From Candidatus Hydrogenedentota bacterium (lineage in GTDB: Bacteria; Hydrogenedentota; Hydrogenedentia; Hydrogenedentales; SLHB01), in contig JAWXCN010000071.1 of assembly GCA_034408725.1 (NCBI GenBank), positions 1 to 32,760 on the forward strand: a stretch of 32,760 bases of DNA, in the 5' to 3' direction. Every line of letters starts with the position of its first letter. Within the stretch, counting starts at the first letter, position 1. This document shows positions 7,468 through 16,657 of this stretch, piece by piece. The notes beneath the pieces were generated by a model. That model had not been told where the DNA came from and ran no database searches. It saw nothing but the letters and a program-made list of their open reading frames with translations. The translations under genes were made by a program, and so were the position numbers.

Positions 7468-8340
7468 ATGTCGTTCTTCAAGAAGCTCTTTAAGGGCAGC
7501 GGGCTAACGGTGGAAGAATTGGCCACGCGCCTGGGCCTGAGTGCAACCGAATTGATTAACTTCACACCGTCCTACCATGAGTTTTTTATCCCCAAACGGA
7601 CAGGTGGCCAACGCCAGATTCTCGCGCCACAACCAGAACTGAAACGCATCCAGCGGCTTATCCTTCGACGCCTTCTCACGCGGCTGCGCGCGCATCCCCA
7701 CGCCGTCGGATTCGAGCGCGGACATTCCATTGTGACTAACGCGGCGTGCCACGTGCGACAAATGGTCGTGGTAAAGATGGATGTCATGGATTTCTTCACC
7801 AACACCACTGCCGCGCGCGTGGAAGATTACTTTCGTTTCATCGGCTGGAACCGCGAAGCCGCTGCCCTGTTAACGAAACTCTGCACACACGGCGGAGGTC
7901 TGCCGCAGGGCGCGCCAACGAGCCCACGCCTGAGCAATCTCGTCAACCACGGACTCGACGCGGCCTTGACCGCCCTCGCAAAGACGGTAGACGCCGCTTA
8001 CACGCGATATGCCGACGACATTACGATTTCGTTTTCTCGCGATGATGAGGACGAGATCAATATGATTCTCAGCACCACGCGGCTCACACTTAAGGATGTG
8101 GGGTACACCCTTCACGAACACAAGAAACGCCGAATCCTGCGCCGGCATCAACGCCAAAAAGTTACCGGCCTCGTCGTGAATGCAAAGGTCCAGTTACCGC
8201 GCGCCACCCGCCGCTGGCTGCGTGCCGTCAGACACCGCACGGCACAGGGCACGAATCCCAGCCTCACAGCCGCCCAACTTCACGGATGGCAGGCCCTGGA
8301 AGCAATGATCGCCAAGCAACGGGAAAACCCGCAGGCGTAA
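7468..8340 (+). CDS. Retron-type RNA-directed DNA polymerase (reverse transcriptase), about 290 aa
   Basis: 'IPKRTGGQRQILAP', region X 'NAACH', 'KMDVMDFF', 'LPQGAPTSPRLSN', catalytic 'YTRYADD', region Y 'QKVTGLVVN'; GGAG-rich RBS before ATG 7468 (ORF is open from 7420). Confidence 0.92.
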   Translation: MSFFKKLFKGSGLTVEELATRLGLSATELINFTPSYHEFFIPKRTGGQRQILAPQPELKRIQRLILRRLLTRLRAHPHAVGFERGHSIVTNAACHVRQMVVVKMDVMDFFTNTTAARVEDYFRFIGWNREAAALLTKLCTHGGGLPQGAPTSPRLSNLVNHGLDAALTALAKTVDAAYTRYADDITISFSRDDEDEINMILSTTRLTLKDVGYTLHEHKKRRILRRHQRQKVTGLVVNAKVQLPRATRRWLRAVRHRTAQGTNPSLTAAQLHGWQALEAMIAKQRENPQA

Positions 8341-8375
8341 TCCATGACGCGCCTTCGGATCGCGCTTGGTGCGCT

Positions 8376-9704
<1,329 letters not shown>

Positions 9705-10139
9705 TTAGTGCTTGCCCGGATTCGTAAGGTCGATACCCGCCTGCTTCAGGGCGGCGTCCTGGACCTGCTGCGCGCGGACGACGTAAATCTGCTGCAATTC
9801 ACCGACGGTAGTGGTGAGCAGCCCCTCTTCTTCGGGCGACAAATTCCCCTTGGTCTTGCCCCGCAGCATCATCAAGGTGTCGATGCAGAATTTTGCTTCC
9901 ACAACGTCGACGATGACTTCCTGCGAGTCGCGCGGAGCGATCAGGCCCAACGCAAACGCGCACTGCGTTGCAAGGCTTTGGATCAACGAGGAAAAAGTCG
10001 CCTCGTCCGGGCGCACGTTCCCGGTTCCGGCCGCCACTTCGGGCGCGACGGACTCGGTCACCTGCCGGGCTTCTTCTTTCTCGCGCTGGACCTGGGATTT
10101 CCAGTCCTCGTCGATGAAAATCTTGGGTTCATCCGCCAT
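9705..10139 (-). CDS. DUF1844 domain-containing protein
   Basis: 'KIFIDEDWKSQVQREKE', 'IDTLMMLRGKTKGNLSPEEEGLL...ELQQIYV'; GGAGG RBS before MADEPK. Confidence 0.85.
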   Translation of the reverse strand: MADEPKIFIDEDWKSQVQREKEEARQVTESVAPEVAAGTGNVRPDEATFSSLIQSLATQCAFALGLIAPRDSQEVIVDVVEAKFCIDTLMMLRGKTKGNLSPEEEGLLTTTVGELQQIYVVRAQQVQDAALKQAGIDLTNPGKH

Positions 10140-10261
10140 GGCGGTCCCCTCCACGGTCGTGGGCGTTAGCGATCCATCGGATTCTTGAGCACCGCCGGAA
10201 TGCCGCCAGGACAATAGCGGCTACGGCAACTCACGGAACCTAATGGCGCCACGCCCGCCCG

Positions 10262-10351
10262 CTATTTCTTCTTATGACGGTTCGCGCGACGGCGCTTCTT
10301 GCGCTTGTGCTTGGCGATCTTTGCGCGCCGCACTTTTCTTCCGCCTGCCAT
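10262..10351 (-). CDS. Small basic protein, bS22 / AURKAIP1-COX24 (DUF1713)-like ribosomal protein, 29 aa
   Basis: Translated by hand: MAGGRKVRRAKIAKHKRKKRRRANRHKKK*; AAGGAGG RBS; matches the 'KHKRKKR...NRHKKK' family pattern; not in the ORF track. Confidence 0.85.
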   Translation of the reverse strand: MAGGRKVRRAKIAKHKRKKRRRANRHKKK

Positions 10352-10452
10352 GATGGCCTCCTTGTTACCAGTCGTTCATGCGTATCGCCCGGTCCAGAAT
10401 GCGAACACGGGCGGCATCTTCAAATGGCGGGTTGAAAACCCGCCCTCTAAAA

Positions 10453-10908
10453 TCAGTCGTTTAACATCCACATTTCGTCCGGCATGGTGTGCGAAATGAG
10501 CTCTTCCGTCCGAAAATAAATCGCTATCTCGCGCGCCGCGGTCTCCGCCGAGTCGGACGCATGCACAAGATTATTTTGCACCGTAAGCCCGTAGTCGCCA
10601 CGCACCGTCCCGAGTTCCGCTTCCTGGCTGTTTGTCGCGCCGTTCATCTTGCGCACCGCGGCTACGGCATTCTCGCCTTCCCACACCATCTGCACGGTTG
10701 GGCCCGACGTGATAAAGCCCACCAAAGCGGGGTAAAATTTTTTGCCCTTGTGCTCGGCGTAATGTTCCTCGGCGAGCGCCGCGGAAACCACCTGTAACTT
10801 CATCGCTACAAGTTTAAGCCCTTTTCGCTCGTAACGGGCAATAATCTCGCCACTCAACCGGCGCCCGAATGCGTCGGGTTTGACCATCACAAAAGTGCGT
10901 TCTATCAC
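10453..10908 (-). CDS. ndk: Nucleoside diphosphate kinase
   Basis: 'ERTFVMVKPDA', 'EEHYAEHKGK', 'GTVRGDY', 'NLVHASDS' (catalytic His). Confidence 0.98.
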   Translation of the reverse strand: MIERTFVMVKPDAFGRRLSGEIIARYERKGLKLVAMKLQVVSAALAEEHYAEHKGKKFYPALVGFITSGPTVQMVWEGENAVAAVRKMNGATNSQEAELGTVRGDYGLTVQNNLVHASDSAETAAREIAIYFRTEELISHTMPDEMWMLND

Positions 10909-11136
10909 TACTCAGCCACCCTACAATTGCTTCAACAGTTTGCGACCCGGTTGCGCGCAGGCAAAATTCGCCCGCTTGACCCTCTCGAAATAATGGAAAA
11001 ACCTTAGCGGCCAGCCACGCGCACCGATAGCGTATCAAACACGGGCTTTTATGCGCAACATTTAACCGTGCGTCTCGAAAGGCATGCGTGGCATGCATTT
11101 CGCATGGTATCATCCACTGGTTTGGAGTATCTTGCC

Positions 11137-11910
11137 GTGACATCGTCCGAGTTGCTTACCCAAATCATCGGTCAGACCCGCGAACTGGTGGCGCGCGCCG
11201 CCCACCCCAAGCGGGGAACCATCGCGCTTTCGCCGGAAACGGCGGCGTTTTTTACCCCCGTCGCGGAATCACCGGCCGTGCTGTTCGAACCACCCGAGCC
11301 ATTAAATCTCGACGCCGTCGCGTCCCTGGATGACTTGGCGCGCATTGTCAGCGAATGCCGCCGGTGCGCCCTGTGCGAGACTCGGACGCAAACCGTCTTC
11401 AGCGATGGCAACGCGCGCGCAGGCGTCGCTTTTGTCGGCGAAGCGCCGGGCGCCGAGGAAGACCGCACAGGCGTGCCATTTGTGGGGAAGGCGGGCGAAT
11501 TGCTCACGGACATCATCGTGAAAGGCATGAAGTTGCGGAGGGAAGACGTATACATTTGTAACGTGCTTAAATGCCGTCCCCCAAATAACCGCGATCCTTT
11601 GCCGTCGGAAAAGGCGTTGTGCGAAGGCTACCTGGTGCGGCAGCTTGAATTCATAAAACCCAAAGTTATATGCGCGCTGGGAAAACATGCCGCCAACACA
11701 CTACTTAGAAAGAACGAGGCGACCGGCCGGCTTCGGGGGAGGTGGCACTCTTATCACGGAATTCCTCTGCGCGTAACGTATCATCCGGCGTACCTGTTGC
11801 GAAATCCTGCTGACAAGAAGCTCGTCTGGGATGATATTCAACACGTGATGCGGGTCCTGAATGGCGAAGAGGACCCATTCGCCGGCGCGCCGCCGAACGG
11901 CGCCGGATAA
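11137..11910 (+). CDS. Uracil-DNA glycosylase, family 4 ([4Fe-4S])
   Basis: 'CRRCALC', 'FVGEAPGAEED', 'PFVGKAG', 'NVLKCRPPNNRDP', 'TYHPAYLLRNP'; start uncertain (11068-11137). Confidence 0.92.
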   Translation: MTSSELLTQIIGQTRELVARAAHPKRGTIALSPETAAFFTPVAESPAVLFEPPEPLNLDAVASLDDLARIVSECRRCALCETRTQTVFSDGNARAGVAFVGEAPGAEEDRTGVPFVGKAGELLTDIIVKGMKLRREDVYICNVLKCRPPNNRDPLPSEKALCEGYLVRQLEFIKPKVICALGKHAANTLLRKNEATGRLRGRWHSYHGIPLRVTYHPAYLLRNPADKKLVWDDIQHVMRVLNGEEDPFAGAPPNGAG

Positions 11911-11915
11911 CGCGC

Positions 11916-13295
11916 ATGGCCTCCGATGACCCAGCCATATCCAGGGTCCACTGGTCGAATTCGCTCATCGCGCGGGTCGTAGCGTTGTGCGTGGTATTGC
12001 TTTTATGTCTGTTGGGGTCGGTTTACGTGTTGGCCGTTCATTTCCTGAAGGAAGTCCGGCACGAGTACGAGAACCAGGCCTATCAGATGGTCAACGATTT
12101 TCGTGTGTGGTTCGAAACGCATCCGGACGAAATGGAAAACATTGATTCCGCGCGCCGCGATCTCGAAGGCAAGTATCCGGGTGCGCGCCTGAATATCGTC
12201 CCTTCTGGGCCATCGGAGCAGAGCACGGAAGTCACAACCGAAATTACGGACGACGGTATCCGCATTTCGGGCCGCCATACGCTCCGCCAAGACGGCGTTC
12301 CCCCAATCGCCCTACTGATTGAATCGACCATTCCGGCGCAGGACGTCATGTTTGCGGCGTTCACGAACCGTTACATCGCGCTGTTGTCCGCCGCGTTCCT
12401 GATAGCGCTAGGGCTCATGGTTTATTTCATCGTGAACTCTCTGCGTCCCTTGCGGGAACTATCGAAAACCTGCGCGCGCATCAGCGCCGGCGAACTCGCC
12501 CCCGTCGAGATCAAGCGAAACTACGGAGAAGTCCTCGCGCTCGAACAAACCTTTAATCGTATGGTCGATGCACTTCGCGACAAGGAACAAATAGAATCGA
12601 ACCTGCGCCAGGCCCAACGCCTTTCCGCGCTAGGCTCGCTCGCCGCCGGTGTCGCGCACGACGTGCGCAATCCGTTGAACGCGATCAAACTCCTCTCGAG
12701 CCATGCCATTGACACGCTCGAGGAAGGCGGCGCCGAAAATGGCGCAGCGCAACAGTTGCGCACCATTCGCCGGGAAGTAGATCGCCTCGAAGAAATTGTT
12801 TCCGGCTTCCTGGCGCTCGCCAAGGAGCGTGAACTTCAACCAGAAGCTGTGCGCATTGACGCGTTGATCGAAGAGTGCGTTCGGCTCGTCACCGCCGAGG
12901 CGGAAACCCGCGCCGTTCGCATCACAACAGAACTTGGCGCGGGCGATCTTCAGCTCGAGGTCGATCCGAAGCAGCTCAAGCGCGCGATTATCAACGTCAT
13001 TATCAATGCGGTGGAGGCCTGCTCGTCCGGCGGGCGCGTGCGGGTCATTTCGCGAATCACAGAGGACGCATACCACGTCGAAGTGCGCGACGATGGTCCG
13101 GGGCTGACGAAAGACGTTGCGGAGCGCGCATTCGATCCGTACTTTACGACGAAATCCACGGGCACCGGCATTGGCCTTTCCATCACCCGCGGCATCGTGG
13201 AAGAACACGGCGGCGGCGTCTCGCTCTCGTGCTCCCTGGGTCTGGGATGCCAGGCGCTCGTCACGCTGCCATTGCGGCATAAGGTTGCGAAATGA
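11916..13295 (+). CDS. Membrane sensor histidine kinase (HAMP-HisKA-HATPase)
   Basis: Two TM helices, HAMP domain, H-box 'GVAHDVRNPLN', N-box 'NVIINAVEA', 'DDGPGL', 'FTTKSTGTGIGL'. Confidence 0.95.
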   Translation: MASDDPAISRVHWSNSLIARVVALCVVLLLCLLGSVYVLAVHFLKEVRHEYENQAYQMVNDFRVWFETHPDEMENIDSARRDLEGKYPGARLNIVPSGPSEQSTEVTTEITDDGIRISGRHTLRQDGVPPIALLIESTIPAQDVMFAAFTNRYIALLSAAFLIALGLMVYFIVNSLRPLRELSKTCARISAGELAPVEIKRNYGEVLALEQTFNRMVDALRDKEQIESNLRQAQRLSALGSLAAGVAHDVRNPLNAIKLLSSHAIDTLEEGGAENGAAQQLRTIRREVDRLEEIVSGFLALAKERELQPEAVRIDALIEECVRLVTAEAETRAVRITTELGAGDLQLEVDPKQLKRAIINVIINAVEACSSGGRVRVISRITEDAYHVEVRDDGPGLTKDVAERAFDPYFTTKSTGTGIGLSITRGIVEEHGGGVSLSCSLGLGCQALVTLPLRHKVAK

Positions 13296-14674
13296 AACCG
13301 GCCATTCTGATTGTGGAAGACGATGACACGCAACGTCTGATTATCCATGACATCCTGAAAGCGTCGCGGTATGAGGTCAGCACCGCGGCGTCCGCGAAGG
13401 CTGCGCTGGCGGCGTTGCGCGAAGATTCGTATGGCGTGCTGCTGACCGATATGCGCATGCCGGAGATGGACGGACTTGAGCTGCTCAAACAGGCCAAACG
13501 GCTCCGTCCGGAACTCGAAGTCGTCGTTATGACTGCCTTCGCTACAGTTCAAACCGCCGTCAACGCAATGAAGGAAGGCGCGACCGACTACCTAGCTAAG
13601 CCGTTCGATAAGGATGAGTTGCTCGTCACCATTGAACGCGCCATCGAACGGGGCCAACTCAAGCGCGAGAACACACAGTTGCGGGAGTTGGTAACCACCT
13701 CCGTTTCTCTTGGCAACATTATCGGCGAGAGCACCGCGATGCAGAAGGTGTTCAACATTATCCAGCGAGCTGTCAATGTAAACAGCACCGTCCTCATTCT
13801 CGGCGAATCGGGCACTGGGAAGGAAATGGTCGCGCGCCACATCCATTTTTCGGGTCCGCGCGCAAAGAAGACTTTCGCCGTGGTCAACTGCGCGGCAATC
13901 CCCGACACCCTCGTCGAGAGCGAATTGTTCGGCCATGAAAAGGGCGCCTTCACCGGCGCGGAGGCAAGCCGTTCCGGCAAGTTTGAAGTTGCCAACGGAG
14001 GCACGCTGTTTCTCGATGAAGTCGGCGACATGCGGTTGGAAAGTCAGGCGAAACTCTTGCGGGTCTTGCAGGACGGCATCGTAGAACGCGTCGGATCGAC
14101 CACTCCCCGGAAGGTGGACGTGCGCGTCGTCGCCGCCACGAATACCGATTTGCGCAAGCAAGTCGATGATGGCCGTTTCCGCGAAGACCTGTATTTTCGC
14201 CTCGACGTATTGCCGATTCATCTGCCGCCGCTGCGCGAACGGTTAAGTGACCTGCCGTTGCTTATCAGCCATTTTCGCGAAAAACTGTCAGCACGCGTCG
14301 GCAAAGCCTGCCCGACGGTAGGCCCGGACGCGCTTGACGCCATGCGCCGGTACCGGTGGCCGGGCAACGTGCGCGAACTCGAGAACACGCTCGAGCAACT
14401 GTACATCCTCACAGACGGCGACGTCATACACGAAGCCGACCTGCCGGAAAAACTGCGGGTTCACGTGCCAGAATCTGGAATGTTCGCGCTGCCCCCCGGC
14501 GGGATCGTGCTCGAAGAGCTCGAGCAGGAACTCATCCGCCAGGCGTTGGCGCGCAGTGGCGGCTCGATCAAGGAAGCCGCCGAACTGCTCGGCCTCACCT
14601 ACAAAACGCTGCAATATCGCCTCAAAAAACACGAGATCGATCGAAAGAGTGAAACCGACGAAGAACCAATGTAG
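13292..14674 (+). CDS. Sigma54-dependent response regulator (NtrC/AtoC family)
   Basis: Receiver 'VEDD...TDMRMP', Walker A 'GESGTGKE', 'GAFTGA', 'FLDEVG', Fis-type HTH; ATGA-type overlap with the kinase gene. Confidence 0.96.
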   Translation: MKPAILIVEDDDTQRLIIHDILKASRYEVSTAASAKAALAALREDSYGVLLTDMRMPEMDGLELLKQAKRLRPELEVVVMTAFATVQTAVNAMKEGATDYLAKPFDKDELLVTIERAIERGQLKRENTQLRELVTTSVSLGNIIGESTAMQKVFNIIQRAVNVNSTVLILGESGTGKEMVARHIHFSGPRAKKTFAVVNCAAIPDTLVESELFGHEKGAFTGAEASRSGKFEVANGGTLFLDEVGDMRLESQAKLLRVLQDGIVERVGSTTPRKVDVRVVAATNTDLRKQVDDGRFREDLYFRLDVLPIHLPPLRERLSDLPLLISHFREKLSARVGKACPTVGPDALDAMRRYRWPGNVRELENTLEQLYILTDGDVIHEADLPEKLRVHVPESGMFALPPGGIVLEELEQELIRQALARSGGSIKEAAELLGLTYKTLQYRLKKHEIDRKSETDEEPM

Positions 14675-14678
14675 CGTC

Positions 14679-15698
14679 TTATAGAATCAGCATCACGTCG
14701 CCATAACTATAAAAACGAAACCGCTCGGCAATCGCCTTTCGATACGCTTTCCTTGCGAGATTGCTCCCGGCGAACGCATGCACCAAAGCCAACAAGCTGC
14801 TGCGCGGCAAATGAAAATTCGTTTGCAGCGCGTCCACCATGCTGAACGCATACGGCGGGTAAATAAAATGCGCCGTCTCGCCCTCGCCGGCAAAGAGCAC
14901 TCCATCGCGGCCCTGAGACTCGAGGACCCGCGTCGTCGTGGTGCCAACCGCGACGATCCGTCCTCCCGCGGCGCGTGTCGCATTGACAATATCCGCTGTG
15001 GCTTGCGGTACCATAAACGATTCCGGTTCGAGCACGTGGTCTTCCACACGATCGGTGCGGATAGGACTGAACGTGCCATAGCCGACGTGGAGCGTTATCG
15101 TCGCGCGTTTTACGCCCTTCGCGTCGAGTGAGCGAAACACGTCCTCCGTGAAGTGCAATCCGGCCGTCGGCGCGGCAACCGAGCCAGGCGATTGCGCGTA
15201 AATAGTCTGGTACCGCTCCGCATCGGAGGGATCGCTTTTATCTCGCTGAATATACGGCGGCAAAGGCACTTCACCCGATTGTTCCAATATTTTCAACACA
15301 TCCGGCTTGTTGAAGACCACCCGGCGGCGCCCACTGCCAATGCGGTCCCCGACGGTCGCTCGCACGGGCCCAATGCGCAGTGTCGTGCCCGGCAGAATCT
15401 TCGCAGACGGCTTCACAAGCGCCTCCCATTCGCCCGGCGCAATCTCATGCAGAAGAAAAATCTCCGCCTTGCCCCCGCTCGGCCGTGCCGCGTGCAGCCG
15501 CGCTCGAATGACCCGCGTTTCGTTCACGACCATGCAATCGCCAGCGCGCAGATAGGAGGCAATGTTGGAATACACATCGCAGTGCAATTTCCCCGTGGCG
15601 CGGTCCACCACCAACAACCGTGCGGCATCGCGTCGATCGGCGGGCTGCTGCGCAATCAGATCATCAGGGAGTTCATAATCCAGTTCGACTACATTCAT
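14679..15698 (-). CDS. queA: S-adenosylmethionine:tRNA ribosyltransferase-isomerase
   Basis: 'DYELPDDLIAQ', 'PLPPYI', 'SVAAPTAGLHF', 'TLHVGYGTF', 'TNFHLPRSSL', 'FYSYGDVM'. Confidence 0.98.
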   Translation of the reverse strand: MNVVELDYELPDDLIAQQPADRRDAARLLVVDRATGKLHCDVYSNIASYLRAGDCMVVNETRVIRARLHAARPSGGKAEIFLLHEIAPGEWEALVKPSAKILPGTTLRIGPVRATVGDRIGSGRRRVVFNKPDVLKILEQSGEVPLPPYIQRDKSDPSDAERYQTIYAQSPGSVAAPTAGLHFTEDVFRSLDAKGVKRATITLHVGYGTFSPIRTDRVEDHVLEPESFMVPQATADIVNATRAAGGRIVAVGTTTTRVLESQGRDGVLFAGEGETAHFIYPPYAFSMVDALQTNFHLPRSSLLALVHAFAGSNLARKAYRKAIAERFRFYSYGDVMLIL

Positions 15699-15770
15699 GT
15701 GTTATTTAGTCCACGCGGGTTTCCAAACCCGCGCCTCCGTTATTTTATGCGGTTGCCGTACAGATATTTT

Positions 15771-15823
15771 GTAATCGTAATCGAATGAAAGCTCGATTAC
15801 GATTACGAGGAAGATTACGATTA
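15771..15823. repeat. GATTAC-unit palindromic intergenic repeat (family C)
   Basis: GTAATCGTAATCGA (15771-15784) and TCGATTACGATTAC (15793-15806) form a perfect 14-bp inverted repeat, followed by further GATTAC units. Confidence 0.75.
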
Positions 15824-15856
15824 GGTCGAAACGCGGGATATTTGGGGGAAGGGGAT

Positions 15857-16657
15857 TTGTTCGAAGCATACCGGCTTCCGCGCGATTTCATGCCCTTCTG
15901 GCATTTCGGCGCGCGCATGGGCATCGGAACGGTCCGGCGGTTTCTTTTGCGCATGCGCGTGCGCGGTTTCACAAATATGCTCGATGCGGGCACGGGCGGC
16001 GGCGCGAACGTGTTGCTGGCGGGCTGGAGCGGGTTTCGCGTCACGGCGTGTGATTTGTCGCATGGCGCATTGCAGACGCTGGGCCAAACGGCAGAACGCG
16101 CCCAGCCGGTGGTTCGCGCCAATGGCGTACAGGCGAATTCTCTCCGGCTCCCTTTTCGCGATGCGGCGTTCGACGTCGTGATTGCATCGCATATTATCGA
16201 ACACCTCGCCGAGCCTGGGGTGTTGTTGTACGAATGCGCGCGAGTCCTGCGAACGGGCGGTATGCTGCGCGTATCGTGTCCATCGCAATGGCATGCGATG
16301 CGCATTGGGACCTGGCTGGGATTGCGCCTGGACCCCGACGACCACGTCGTAACGGGGTACGAAGCCGACGAAATTGCTACATTGTTGCCGGAGAACATGC
16401 ATATCCGCCGCGTGACATATCAGGGCCGTGTAATCGAAAGTAATGTGTCGGATGCGCAGTTCTTTATCGCCCGAGCGATGGGCATGTCGGGCAATCCCGC
16501 GGTTGGCGATACGAAAAGCACGCCGCCAGCTTGGCTATATTGGATGAAAGAGGCGGTGCTCGTTCCATTTCTTGCGCTGGGAAAATGTGAAGACGCTATC
16601 TGCTTTTTCATGAAGGGAAGCATGATTTCCATAGAGGTTGAAAAGACCCGTGCATGA
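15857..16657 (+). CDS. Class I SAM-dependent methyltransferase
   Basis: 'LDAGTGGG', 'LPFRDAAFDVV', 'IIEHL', 'RVLRTGG'; the ORF-track start at 15785 lies inside the repeat, so TTG 15857 or ATG 15890 is more likely. Confidence 0.85.
   Translation: MFEAYRLPRDFMPFWHFGARMGIGTVRRFLLRMRVRGFTNMLDAGTGGGANVLLAGWSGFRVTACDLSHGALQTLGQTAERAQPVVRANGVQANSLRLPFRDAAFDVVIASHIIEHLAEPGVLLYECARVLRTGGMLRVSCPSQWHAMRIGTWLGLRLDPDDHVVTGYEADEIATLLPENMHIRRVTYQGRVIESNVSDAQFFIARAMGMSGNPAVGDTKSTPPAWLYWMKEAVLVPFLALGKCEDAICFFMKGSMISIEVEKTRA

Noticed and set aside
7296-7493. 65-aa ORF (and the 7073-7507 ORF) as a small retron effector
   Set aside because: The TTG start coincides with the -35 box, there is no RBS, the ORF runs through the RNA hairpins, and the product shows no recognisable motif or TM segment.
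7468-8340. RT as part of a group II intron, DGR, CRISPR-associated RT or Abi system
   Set aside because: There is no maturase or endonuclease domain and no large intron RNA, no TR/VR repeat pair or Avd gene was seen, and no cas genes are present. The NAxxH and VTG motifs point to a retron.
8341-8375. Terminator or attachment site between the RT and purA
   Set aside because: Only a weak GCGC hairpin is present, with no U-tract, and no direct repeat flanking the retron was found.
15785-15856. Arg-Leu-rich N-terminal extension of the methyltransferase (MKARLRLRGRLRL)
   Set aside because: It is a translation of the GATTAC repeat; a downstream start is more plausible.
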